The notes below the pieces were generated by a model that was not told where the DNA came from, ran no database searches, and saw only the letters and a program-made list of their open reading frames with translations. Shown one piece after another: positions 18,801-27,142 of a DNA stretch of 48,150 nt. The stretch comes from an uncultured Candidatus Peribacteria bacterium. Lineage in GTDB: Bacteria > Patescibacteriota > Gracilibacteria > UBA1369 > LOWO2-01-FULL-3. The stretch's first letter is position 1; every line of letters begins with the position of its first letter. Location of the stretch: assembly GCA_964499425.1 (NCBI GenBank), contig CAZCLD010000004.1, forward strand, positions 1 through 48,150. Reading direction: 5' to 3'. The translations under genes were made by a program, and so were the position numbers.

Positions 18801-21215
18801 ATAGAAGGGTTGAAGATCATCAACATACAAATAATAACCACCACGATCAATGTTTGTATGATTATCCACCAACATGACTTCCCCATTTACCTGAATTCTC
18901 ACGCTAGCATCATCAGGTGCACCATATACCCCCAAAACTGTAACCTCTAGCTCCTCCCCGTATCCACTAACAGTAGCTGTATCAGAAGCATTTATAGTTG
19001 TTACTAGCGGCGCCCATTTCTCAGCAAGAGTCACCGTAGCAGTCTGAGTAATTCCATTTACGGTTGCTTCTACATCCCCAAAGCCCAGCTTCTCTCCTTC
19101 ATTTGCAGAAACAGAATGGGTAGAGAACGGATTTATATTTGTCGTCGTTACAATAATTCTCGGATCAGGATTCTCAGGATGATGCTCTATTGAAACCTCG
19201 TACTGGCTATCACCTAACGACACAAAAGCCGCACCAGGCAAATCAGTAGTTACCGGCCCATCCGTAAAGATTTCCGTAACATCATCAGTTGGCACACAGG
19301 CCTCCTCGGCAGTAACAAACACATTTGCAGTTTCAGTCTCGTTCCCCCAGCCCAAAGTAAGGGTCACATTGTAAGTGCCCGCATCCTGGAATTGATGCAT
19401 AGGGGTATGCTGAGACGAATTTTGAGTGCCATCATCAAAGTCCCCATCCACACTATCAGCTCCCTCTGTTGAACCAGCAGTAGTACAGGTAACATTCAAA
19501 GGTGCTGACCCTTGTGCAGGTGTACAAGTGGCGTTCGCACTGTAGTCAATTTCCACCACTGGCGCCCTTTCTAATACCTGTGTAGATGCACTGTCGGAGT
19601 AATTTCCCCAATACAAAGTCGCAGTCACATTATGAGTAACTGGCGAATTGGGGGTCGCGCTATTAAATTGATGCATAGGCTCAAAATTGCTGGAATTAGC
19701 AGAGCCATCGCCAAAATCCCAAACAACACTGTCTGCACCAGCAGTTGACCCAACTGTAGTACAGGTCACATTTAGTGGAGAGCCCCCTGCTGAGGGATTA
19801 CAACTTATCACCGCATTATAGGCAACTTCTTCTTCCTCCTCTTCTTCTTCACAACCACCTGTGCTTACAGGTGCCCCAGGCGCAATGACACTATATGAAA
19901 TTTTTTGAATCACTTCATTTACAGTCAAATTTACTTCACTGAAAGTCTTTGTTTCATCAACACTTACACTATATTCTGGCCCACTCACATTAGATGTCCT
20001 CTTTACTTCAATAACAGAATCATGAGAATTATTAATAGATGAAACTGTAACCGTGTAACCGACATTATTTAACGAGTATTCGCCACTTTCTCCTTCGGGC
20101 AACTGATGTGGCCCTGAGCTAACAGCCTCTGGACTAGTATCCTTTAGCCTAAATTTCATGGAACTTCCTGGAACAATTTCTGTAGGCTCCAAAACAATGC
20201 CACCAAACAAGTTAGAAGAAAATCCAACTGCTGCCGTTATCGCAAGGCCATTTACATGCGCCGTTACTGTGGGCCCGTAGTTCATCGCACCCAACTCAAC
20301 TAGGTAATCTGATCCCTGAAAATCAACAGTAGTCTCACCTCCATTCCTCACGATTTTTTCCTCTGAGTAAACAGGTGCTGGATAAGCCTCTTCAAGCGTA
20401 AAAGAAACTGTTTGCGGTAAATCATCCACAATCAAAATCCCTTCGCCGGAAAACAACATATCGTTAACATCATTTACAGTTTGGGTAACCCCCTTAAAAG
20501 TAACATTCATCAATTCAGCAGGAAAAGAGGGGCTTAAATTCGCAATAACACTGTATTCCGTATTTCCAATTGTTGTGCTGTAAGCTTCCCCCATGCCTTT
20601 AGTAACTGGTCCTACAGTTTCATTCTCTCCCGGGACCATCATGGATATACAAACTTCTGCTTCTTCTTCCTCTTCTCCTTCTCCCCTAAACTGTATCCAT
20701 CCAAAAGAAGGGCTCCAAGCATGACCAAAAAGATCTCGTTCCCCCGAGCTATCCTCAGCTCCTATATAAACACCATAATCAATTGAGCCACAAGCCAAGC
20801 CATCACCTTGCCCAGCATCATTTACTCCACTTTCACAATTATAAGATATAAACCCAAGATTATCATTCCAGGAATATCCTTTTACTGAGTAATCGTAGTA
20901 TTCATTGGCTTCTATGGCCCCATCAGAGTCTCCATCATAACCACCAGAATCTCCGTTAATACAGGCAGCATGCTCCCTGCTAGCCGGCACCAATTCCCCG
21001 CTTCCACCAATTATAGATAGGTCTGCAGATCCATTGTCCTGCTCTGTAGGCCCTGGGTGAGAATCAAAATAGTTCTGACCAGCATTTGGATTCGAAAGCA
21101 CACTTGTACCTGTAATCCTACCCGTACAAAAAGTATCTCCCTCCGCAAAAGCAGCCGGTGCCACCGCCAAAGAAAAGGCGGCAAAGAGTAAGAATATTTT
21201 TCGGTTCAAAAACAT
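15804..21215 (-). CDS. Giant secreted protein (1803 aa) with tandem PKD-like domains and poly-Glu linkers
   Basis: Signal peptide MFLNRKIFLLFAAFSLAVAPAAFA. Two adjacent PKD-type units (PLNVTCTT...WDFGDGS / GDFDDGT...H.F, about nt 19298-19808). Recurring G(H/Y)AW(S/T)...G(W/V)(I/W)xF motifs. Runs of 6-8 Glu. Confidence 0.85.
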   Translation of the reverse strand: MFLNRKIFLLFAAFSLAVAPAAFAEGDTFCTGRITGTSVLSNPNAGQNYFDSHPGPTEQDNGSADLSIIGGSGELVPASREHAACINGDSGGYDGDSDGAIEANEYYDYSVKGYSWNDNLGFISYNCESGVNDAGQGDGLACGSIDYGVYIGAEDSSGERDLFGHAWSPSFGWIQFRGEGEEEEEAEVCISMMVPGENETVGPVTKGMGEAYSTTIGNTEYSVIANLSPSFPAELMNVTFKGVTQTVNDVNDMLFSGEGILIVDDLPQTVSFTLEEAYPAPVYSEEKIVRNGGETTVDFQGSDYLVELGAMNYGPTVTAHVNGLAITAAVGFSSNLFGGIVLEPTEIVPGSSMKFRLKDTSPEAVSSGPHQLPEGESGEYSLNNVGYTVTVSSINNSHDSVIEVKRTSNVSGPEYSVSVDETKTFSEVNLTVNEVIQKISYSVIAPGAPVSTGGCEEEEEEEEVAYNAVISCNPSAGGSPLNVTCTTVGSTAGADSVVWDFGDGSANSSNFEPMHQFNSATPNSPVTHNVTATLYWGNYSDSASTQVLERAPVVEIDYSANATCTPAQGSAPLNVTCTTAGSTEGADSVDGDFDDGTQNSSQHTPMHQFQDAGTYNVTLTLGWGNETETANVFVTAEEACVPTDDVTEIFTDGPVTTDLPGAAFVSLGDSQYEVSIEHHPENPDPRIIVTTTNINPFSTHSVSANEGEKLGFGDVEATVNGITQTATVTLAEKWAPLVTTINASDTATVSGYGEELEVTVLGVYGAPDDASVRIQVNGEVMLVDNHTNIDRGGYYLYVDDLQPFYNPPLGRFRILEEPGVITESHTVIVNVGESRDVIMREGDDVNEETLSVALSKIDASGNASIVVSDEWGPVGGRQEPIILGDGDTEPLSSHDLTLNSTTQEVTLSFEKEEVTEEGVSCPQASRNNLVASTSPAIESRIASEQRIAVFMNSMGLPPWYQAEGSFQAQDSDSGTFSYGVTMDADGFLHGYAWTEAGVWMNFEGVRAYLPGQIVATGPGWCDGKPWVCVEVRPNPLTLEFDAGSDEEIRIADGVDGYYVHLFVRDGTGQNALVPGQWPGVQQQDVNLVSFLMSIKVNWKDTVKIDQTIKATVGNSLNEKKGAWGEGAGAVVYKPLVLFGNPAGDFDQVPGDPGHYISKEKVRTFAPTDDANLSWTTSTDPNLLVNNLQHIHDIGLTEPEANLLILDNVSYDKLLGPNNAELLKQGVVYPNGKVDMSLSFRPAIGINTLFTGVLQDVMAVYRGVAEKVSIGAEILGGLEQSVIDTARVKVGLHYPEDNTNAEVGCEDAEFNFHFLGGFDGADLSQASETVLETLINTLLNKPFDLQMRADLMEIEEDEEDGTSDNGSEDDQPEEEVLPCAFAKSPSLYTIVSYISNSRTVKYYNNKLPRISGDEIFNPEIVVHGNISGQALKGVKYGDRIQSSGSGVAGRVRDIIDENIVRNIDNLDTLTGGQCVITGLGDSTHYTVEGCDEADHYQLFKVGEEIVMYFKGSDVTIDLEYGYTYQWIIVVDGGDIYIDGDSYNGPVNHHKLSLIAFKDDEYEKGNVYIASCNDPNKMVNNIQATIVADGSLFSYDSVGGAIDESGLPVWANPKARANSLGCQLFIEGAIYSENTIGGADLDKGQDPKDYLVLGGGEVVNLPASLDDRTRAQEYDLNYLRLFRLKLEIADNGLPIDQKCGTGLSPAQSLAISNGETVCGDRVPCFDTGPADQEYACNGIDPFSKYEGNGQGGDLVSPSDVEFLSQGLDNAPQTGTDFDPVYVFYVAPSQESFVFSKAGVQNIGGF

Positions 21216-21281
21216 GCTCTTTTGTGTTTTTATTTCCCAATATTATAGCACAAAAAAGCTCAAACCGCCAACCGGCATAAC

Positions 21282-21848
21282 CTATTCTCCCCTCTCGTCG
21301 CCCTCTTGTTTTTTCAGCTTATCAAGCGCCACAAAAAAGAGGTTATTCATAGAGGGATCAATCCAAAAATCGCTCGCACTCAGATCATCCGTATAGACAC
21401 CCCTACCCTTTTCTCTCTCAAAAATCTGTTCAGGAGAGAGGACGATGTCTGTTGGCGAAGCCTCCACACCATCTTCAGAGACTCTTTCTCTCTCAATAAT
21501 CCGGCGCCCCATAAGAGTAGCCAAATTCACATATCCAGCAGGTGGCAAATTCACTACCATTTGAGGTGGCTTAGCATCTTTTGGCGTTGCCATCGTATCA
21601 ATAATACTAATTCCAGCATCATTTAGGATCTGTGCAAATTCTTTTCGATTAGCCCTAAGATCATCTATTAATTCTTGGCTTTCTGCTACTAGGATTCCTC
21701 CCCCTACAAAAAGCTCAGATAATGGACCATAAATCTTATAACCATCACCTTCATACAAAACAGACATGGTGAGTTCATCACCTTTGGAAAATAATATATC
21801 TGCATTCATTCTACTCTCCATAATCGCCAGATGGGTTAATATTTTCAA
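21282..21848 (-). CDS. Hypothetical protein (175-188 aa)
   Basis: ORF directly downstream of the kinase-like gene. An internal Met at 21809 would sit 1 nt after the upstream stop codon. No motif recognised. Confidence 0.55.
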   Translation of the reverse strand: MKILTHLAIMESRMNADILFSKGDELTMSVLYEGDGYKIYGPLSELFVGGGILVAESQELIDDLRANRKEFAQILNDAGISIIDTMATPKDAKPPQMVVNLPPAGYVNLATLMGRRIIERERVSEDGVEASPTDIVLSPEQIFEREKGRGVYTDDLSASDFWIDPSMNNLFFVALDKLKKQEGDERGE

Positions 21849-23154
21849 TCAACTGCCTAAGCCTATTCAGAGCAATTGCGGGATCACCATGCATATCCTC
21901 TATTAATCTCCTAAAATACTCTTTACTCGCTTCTGTTGTACCATATTGTTCATACTCCAGCAGAGCTGCCATATTAGCATAAAACAGGATTTTGTCCAGG
22001 TCCGTAGTCCAAAGAGCCCTTTTTAGCTCTTCAGCTATAACTTCGTCGTTAACCAATTGATTGACAAAATCCCTGGCCTCAACAACCGCCGGATCAAGTG
22101 AATCCAAAATATCTTGAACTGTGCTTTTTTGCCTCGAAACCATCCTGTCAATTACTCTATTCATTCTTCTGTATTCTTGCCCCAACCTTGCCTCCCTTTC
22201 TTCATCTAGTTGTTCCCTGGTTTTGTCGACAAAAGGCTCTAAAAAAGCCAGAAGGCCTTCGTCCCTGCTAAAAGACAAATTCGTCCCAAACTTAAATTCT
22301 TCATAAGGATCGTCCTCACTCTTTTTAGGATCATATTTAGAATACCCAAAATCTATTATCCAAATGCTGTCATCTGTCAACATTACATTACTCGGGTGCA
22401 AATCACGATGATAAAATCCAGCTCTATTCAAAATCCGGACACTATTTTCCATTGCCTCAAAAAACTCTGGTTTAATAAATTTGTTACCCCTTAGCCGTCT
22501 TAGCAGGGCCTTCACCTGATCAATCTGAGATAATTTAGGATTTATATTGAATATCCTAAGAACATACTCGCCCAATTCGTCCCCCATCGACAATAATACA
22601 TCTTTCCTACATCCAAGCTCACTTTCCTCGTGTGCATTTACAATCTCCTCAAGTACCAACCTCCACAAGGTTTTACCCCTAATAAATTCCATCAGAAGAA
22701 GCTTCTTGTCCCCATCATCCAAGGACAGAAACGGCACTGGGATCTTTGCAACGTTAACACCCTGTTCCCTAAATTTTTCAAGAATCTTATACGCCTCCTG
22801 GTGCCTATCGAACTCGCTGAGGATTCCATCACTAAACGCAGATCTTTCAGTGCTTCTCTCCACCTTTTTCAAACACAAATTCTGAAGAGAACCAGCCTCG
22901 AACAACAATATATCTGCCTCTGATCCTTGCCCCACAACAAGACTCCTTTCAAGAAATTCTCGCAACGTTTGGGAATCTCTAAAATCACCGATCTCTGATA
23001 CCTGAGGAATATCAATGTCCATCTCAGCTAAATCCAAGTCCGCAAGAATGCTTGCAATATTATTAGGGCCCAATTCAGCCATTTTGTGTTTTAAGTATCT
23101 CAATACTATACCACAAAAAGCCTTGGCTGACAACGCGGCAAAACTAAAACTCAA
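21811..23154 (-). CDS. Protein-kinase-like fold protein
   Basis: YHRDLHPSNVML (catalytic-loop-like) and IIDFGYSK (DFG-like), with a long helical C-terminal extension. Confidence 0.7.
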   Translation of the reverse strand: MSFSFAALSAKAFCGIVLRYLKHKMAELGPNNIASILADLDLAEMDIDIPQVSEIGDFRDSQTLREFLERSLVVGQGSEADILLFEAGSLQNLCLKKVERSTERSAFSDGILSEFDRHQEAYKILEKFREQGVNVAKIPVPFLSLDDGDKKLLLMEFIRGKTLWRLVLEEIVNAHEESELGCRKDVLLSMGDELGEYVLRIFNINPKLSQIDQVKALLRRLRGNKFIKPEFFEAMENSVRILNRAGFYHRDLHPSNVMLTDDSIWIIDFGYSKYDPKKSEDDPYEEFKFGTNLSFSRDEGLLAFLEPFVDKTREQLDEEREARLGQEYRRMNRVIDRMVSRQKSTVQDILDSLDPAVVEARDFVNQLVNDEVIAEELKRALWTTDLDKILFYANMAALLEYEQYGTTEASKEYFRRLIEDMHGDPAIALNRLRQLIENINPSGDYGE

Positions 23155-23161
23155 GTCGTTC

Positions 23162-25423
23162 CTACTCCTTTTTGGCTCCCTTGCCCTTTTTCTCCACCTC
23201 GCAATCCTTACATTTTACTCCATCCTTCAATTCAACTCGCAAACCATCACATTTCTCACATTTTCCAACAGGTTTACTCCAGGTAGCATTCTTACATTTT
23301 GGAAATTTATTACACCCCCAAAATAGCTTTCCTCCCTTGCGAGTGCGCCTTTCCGCTAATTCTCCTTCTTTACATTTATTACACTTTACCCCACTAAGAA
23401 TTATTACAGACTGATTGTTCTTACAGTCCTCACCCTGACATTGCAGGTAAGGCCCATAGCGGCCGACCTTAAACTCCATCGCAGAAGAACATTTTTTACA
23501 CTTTTCATCCTTCAACTCTTCCCGGAGTTTCTTAACTTGCTCACTTTCTTCTTCCGGCTCACCATCTTCACCCGGTAACGGTTTAGCATTTTTACATTCA
23601 GGATAAGCAGAACAAGAAAGAAATTTCCCAAACCGTCCAAGCTTGATCACCATTTCTTTTCCACACTTATCACACATTTCGTCACTCTCCTCATTTACAA
23701 TCTCTTCCTTTTTGAGGGTTTTTTCCTTTTCAAGAATCTTCTCATGAAAAGGCTCATAGAACTCCTTTAACATCGGCACCCACTCAACTTTTCCTTCCTC
23801 CACATCGTCCAGTTGATCCTCCATCTGTGCAGTGAACTTGTAGCCCACAACAGTCGGGAAATTCTCCACCAAAAGATCTGTAACCACTCCAGCCACATCC
23901 GTTGGTTTCAAGGTCTTAGCCTCTTTTTCAATATAGCCCCTCGCAATCACAGTGGTAATTGTTGGCGCATAGGTACTCGGTCTACCAATTCCCTCGCTCT
24001 CAAGCTTCTTTACCAAAGACGCCTCCGTATATCTTGGAGGAGGCTTCGTGAAATGCTGATTACTAGCCATGTTTTCAAGGTCTAGATTCTCCCCTTCCTC
24101 AAGCTTTGGCAAGAATTTTTCTCCAAGCTGTTGTTCCTCTTCATCTTGATCACGCCCCTCCATGTAAACTTCCATAAACCCAGGGAATTTCACTGTTTGG
24201 CCTGTAGCCCTAAAAATATGTCCATTAGCCTCTATATCCACGCCCACTTTATCCAAAATCGCCTGCTGCATTTGGCAAGCTATCGCCCTTTTCCAAATAA
24301 GCTCATAAAGTTTTGCCTGATCCTTATCCAAAAACCCTACAGCCTTGTCCGGCTTCAACGCTAAATCCACGGGACGAATAGCCTCGTGCGCCTCTTGGGC
24401 TCCTTTCCTGCCTTTGTATTTACGTGGTGTATCTAACGCATACTCCTTGCCATACTGACTAGTGATAATTTCCTTGGCAGCCTTCAAAGCAACATCAGAA
24501 AGATTGACACTGTCTGTTCTCATATAGGTTATAAGACCAGTCTCCCCCTCCCCAGTATCAATCCCTTCATACAGTTGTTGAGCAACCATCATTGTTTTTT
24601 TCACTGAGAAATTCAATTTCCGAGAAGCTTCCTGCTGAAGAGTAGACGTGATAAATGGAGGAGCTGGGTTTTTCTTTACCTCTTTTTGTTCAACAGACTT
24701 AACCAAATATGCAGCTCCTTCTATGTCATTCAAGATCTTTTCTGCTTCACTCCCATTCTTTACTTCAAGCTTATCTTCGCCTTTTCTTTGAAGTTCCGCC
24801 TCAAAAGTTTTATCATCTCCATCTTTTTTGAATGTTCCAATAATCTTCCAGTATTCTTCCGGTTCAAATGCCTCAATTTCTCTTTCTCTCTCAACAACAA
24901 GCCTCACCGCAACACTCTGAACACGCCCAGCCGAAAGGCCATATCTAATCTTTTTCCAAAGTAAAGGCGACAATTCATAACCCACCAATCTATCCAAAAC
25001 ACGACGCGCTTGCTGAGCATCTACAACATTTTGGTCAATATCCCGTGGCTCCTCAAGCGACTTTTTTATTGCTCCCTCGGTAATCTCATGAAAAACAATT
25101 CTCTTTACGGGTATAGCCGAATCGACCTTAAGAGCGGACAAAAGGTGCCACCCTATAGCCTCTCCTTCTCGATCTTCATCAGTTGCGAGCCAGAGTGCCT
25201 CAGCTTTTTTCATGGCTTCTTTAAGCTCTTTTATTACCTTTCTCTTATCAGTAGAGATTAAGTAGCTCGGCTTAAAATCCTTCTCTATATCAATACCCAT
25301 TTTGGATTTAGGCAAATCACGGACATGCCCCATAGAAGCCATTACCTTGTACTCTTTCCCCAAGAATCTCGAAATCGTCTTTGCCTTCGCAGGCGACTCC
25401 ACAATTACTAGGTTTTTTGCCAT
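23162..25423 (-). CDS. topA: DNA topoisomerase I
   Basis: LVIVESPAKAKTISRFLG Toprim start, YMRTDS active-site Tyr region, multiple C-terminal CxxC...CxxC zinc fingers. Start placed at MAKNLVIV (25423); the track ORF extends to 25477. Confidence 0.95.
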   Translation of the reverse strand: MAKNLVIVESPAKAKTISRFLGKEYKVMASMGHVRDLPKSKMGIDIEKDFKPSYLISTDKRKVIKELKEAMKKAEALWLATDEDREGEAIGWHLLSALKVDSAIPVKRIVFHEITEGAIKKSLEEPRDIDQNVVDAQQARRVLDRLVGYELSPLLWKKIRYGLSAGRVQSVAVRLVVEREREIEAFEPEEYWKIIGTFKKDGDDKTFEAELQRKGEDKLEVKNGSEAEKILNDIEGAAYLVKSVEQKEVKKNPAPPFITSTLQQEASRKLNFSVKKTMMVAQQLYEGIDTGEGETGLITYMRTDSVNLSDVALKAAKEIITSQYGKEYALDTPRKYKGRKGAQEAHEAIRPVDLALKPDKAVGFLDKDQAKLYELIWKRAIACQMQQAILDKVGVDIEANGHIFRATGQTVKFPGFMEVYMEGRDQDEEEQQLGEKFLPKLEEGENLDLENMASNQHFTKPPPRYTEASLVKKLESEGIGRPSTYAPTITTVIARGYIEKEAKTLKPTDVAGVVTDLLVENFPTVVGYKFTAQMEDQLDDVEEGKVEWVPMLKEFYEPFHEKILEKEKTLKKEEIVNEESDEMCDKCGKEMVIKLGRFGKFLSCSAYPECKNAKPLPGEDGEPEEESEQVKKLREELKDEKCKKCSSAMEFKVGRYGPYLQCQGEDCKNNQSVIILSGVKCNKCKEGELAERRTRKGGKLFWGCNKFPKCKNATWSKPVGKCEKCDGLRVELKDGVKCKDCEVEKKGKGAKKE

Positions 25424-25619
25424 AAAAACACTTACTAAACTGGGGACATTCTTATTACACTTCTTCCCCCACGTCAACCAAAAGAGCTAAAAAGCGCTTG
25501 TAGACGCTGAAATATTTGTCCCCGATTTGCAAGAAAAAATTTTTGGCTTCCACAAGCCATTTTTCAGATGTCCCACGTCCCCCAGGGGCTACTTTCCGCA
25601 TTGTCAAGACGAAAACAAC

Positions 25620-25647
25620 TTGATTTCAAAAAACCGAACCCTATAAT
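25620..25647 (+). promoter_or_regulatory. Sigma-70-type promoter candidate for the HU gene
   Basis: TTGATT (25620-25625), 16-nt spacer, TATAAT (25642-25647), about 30 nt upstream of the ATG at 25678. Confidence 0.5.
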
Positions 25648-25677
25648 ACGGGGTGTCTAATTTCTAACCCACTAATT

Positions 25678-25953
25678 ATGACTAAGCAAGATCTAGTCAA
25701 CAGTGCGGCTCAAGCAGCTGGCGTTACAAAAAAAGCTGCCGGTGAAGTTCTAGAATCAATTCTAGGAATGATCACCAAAAGTCTAAAAAGCGGTAACAAC
25801 GTAACCATTACTGGTTTCGGTACTTTCCGCGTATCTCACAGAGCTGCTAGAACTGGTGTAAACCCACGAAACCCAAGCGAAAAGATCAAGATTCCTGCTA
25901 TGAAGCTACCTGCTTTCAAAGCCGGAAAATCTCTTAAGGATGCTGTTAGATAA
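25678..25953 (+). CDS. hup: HU/IHF-family DNA-binding protein
   Basis: 91 aa with GFGTFRVSHRAARTGVNPRNPSEKIKIPA, the typical HU arm sequence. Confidence 0.9.
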   Translation: MTKQDLVNSAAQAAGVTKKAAGEVLESILGMITKSLKSGNNVTITGFGTFRVSHRAARTGVNPRNPSEKIKIPAMKLPAFKAGKSLKDAVR

Positions 25954-25977
25954 GCATTTTTAGAACAAACTTAAGAA

Positions 25978-26004
25978 GGGCCCCTTTACGGGGTCCTTTT
26001 TTTT
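25978..26004 (+). terminator. Rho-independent terminator after the HU gene
   Basis: GGGCCCC-TTTAC-GGGGTCC followed by T8. Confidence 0.7.
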
Positions 26005-26009
26005 AAATC

Positions 26010-26059
26010 AGCTCCGGAGCTCTTAATTTTACAGGTTCAAATTTAAGAGCTCCGGAGCT
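26010..26059. promoter_or_regulatory. 17-bp perfect inverted repeat containing two copies of the palindrome AGCTCCGGAGCT, upstream of pheS
   Basis: AGCTCCGGAGCTCTTAA (26010-26026) and TTAAGAGCTCCGGAGCT (26043-26059) separated by 16 nt. Each arm is itself palindromic over 12 nt. Confidence 0.6.
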
Positions 26060-26101
26060 CCTACTATTGAAAAGCTCCAAAAAAACCCTTACATTACCAC
26101 C

Positions 26102-27142
26102 ATGCAAAAAGATCTGGAAAAACTCGAAAAGGATGCTTTGGCTGCTATAAAAACTATGAGCACGGCTGAGGACTTACAAAGTCTTCACGTAAAATATCTG
26201 GGACGCAAGGGTGAGCTCACTAAGATTCTTCGAGGACTCAAAGATCTCTCGCCAAAAGAAAAGCCAAAAATTGGCGCACTCGCAAACACAATAAAAACCT
26301 CTCTAGAAAACGCTTTCACAACAAAGCAAAACGCACTAGAGGGGGCCTCCCTTAAGGAAGCTCTTGAAAAGGGGTTTTTCGACACCACAATACCAGGAAA
26401 AGCACGCGAGATTGGTCATATCCACCCACTTTCTCAGGTACAAGAAGAGGTTGAACGCATTTTCAACCAAATGGGTTTCGCTATCATGGATGGCCCAGAA
26501 GTAGAATCAGAATACTACAATTTCGAGGGACTGAATATCCCCGCGGATCATCCAGCTCGCGACATGCAGGATACATTCTTTATTCAAGATAAAGACGACC
26601 CCAAACATGGACGAATGGTTTTAAGAACTCACACCTCACCAGTGCAAGTCCGCACACTCGAGAAATATGGAGCTCCCGTAAGAGTGATCGTTCCTGGGCG
26701 TTGTTTTCGCTACGAGGCGACCGACGCCAGTCACGACACAACTTTTTACCAAGTCGAAGGGCTCCTGATAGACAAAGATATTTCCATGAGCCACCTCAAG
26801 GGCGTTATGAAAGAATTCCTGACACGTCTCTTCGGTAGACCCGTCAAAGTCCGCTTCAGACCAGGCTATTTTCCCTTCGTAGAACCAGGAGTGGAGCTCG
26901 ATTTTTCATGCTTGCTCTGCCAGGGTGATGGCTGCCGCGTCTGCAAGCATTCAGGATGGATTGAGTTTATGGGAGCCGGCATGACCCACCAAAATGTCCT
27001 AAAAGCTGGCGGTGTCGATCCAAAAGAATACCAAGGATGGGCGTTTGGTTTTGGGCTAACCCGTCTCGTTATGATGAGATATGCCATCGACGACATCAGG
27101 CTACTCACAAACGGTGATTTAAGATTTATAAAACAATTCTAA
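26102..27142 (+). CDS. pheS: Phenylalanine--tRNA ligase alpha subunit
   Basis: 346 aa with class II motifs (HPARDMQDTF, FRPGYFPFVEPG, GFGLTRLVM). Confidence 0.95.
   Translation: MQKDLEKLEKDALAAIKTMSTAEDLQSLHVKYLGRKGELTKILRGLKDLSPKEKPKIGALANTIKTSLENAFTTKQNALEGASLKEALEKGFFDTTIPGKAREIGHIHPLSQVQEEVERIFNQMGFAIMDGPEVESEYYNFEGLNIPADHPARDMQDTFFIQDKDDPKHGRMVLRTHTSPVQVRTLEKYGAPVRVIVPGRCFRYEATDASHDTTFYQVEGLLIDKDISMSHLKGVMKEFLTRLFGRPVKVRFRPGYFPFVEPGVELDFSCLLCQGDGCRVCKHSGWIEFMGAGMTHQNVLKAGGVDPKEYQGWAFGFGLTRLVMMRYAIDDIRLLTNGDLRFIKQF

Noticed and set aside
19298-19808. The duplicated segment in the giant gene as a diversity-generating retroelement VR/TR pair.
   Set aside because: The two copies differ at all base types rather than at adenine-specific positions. 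They are in-frame neighbouring PKD domains, and no reverse transcriptase is present.
25544-25564. The hairpin TGGCTT-CCAC-AAGCCA plus T5 between divergent topA and hup as a terminator.
   Set aside because: No co-directional gene ends upstream of it on either strand, and the stem is only 6 bp. It may be incidental or an attenuator, but I cannot support a call.
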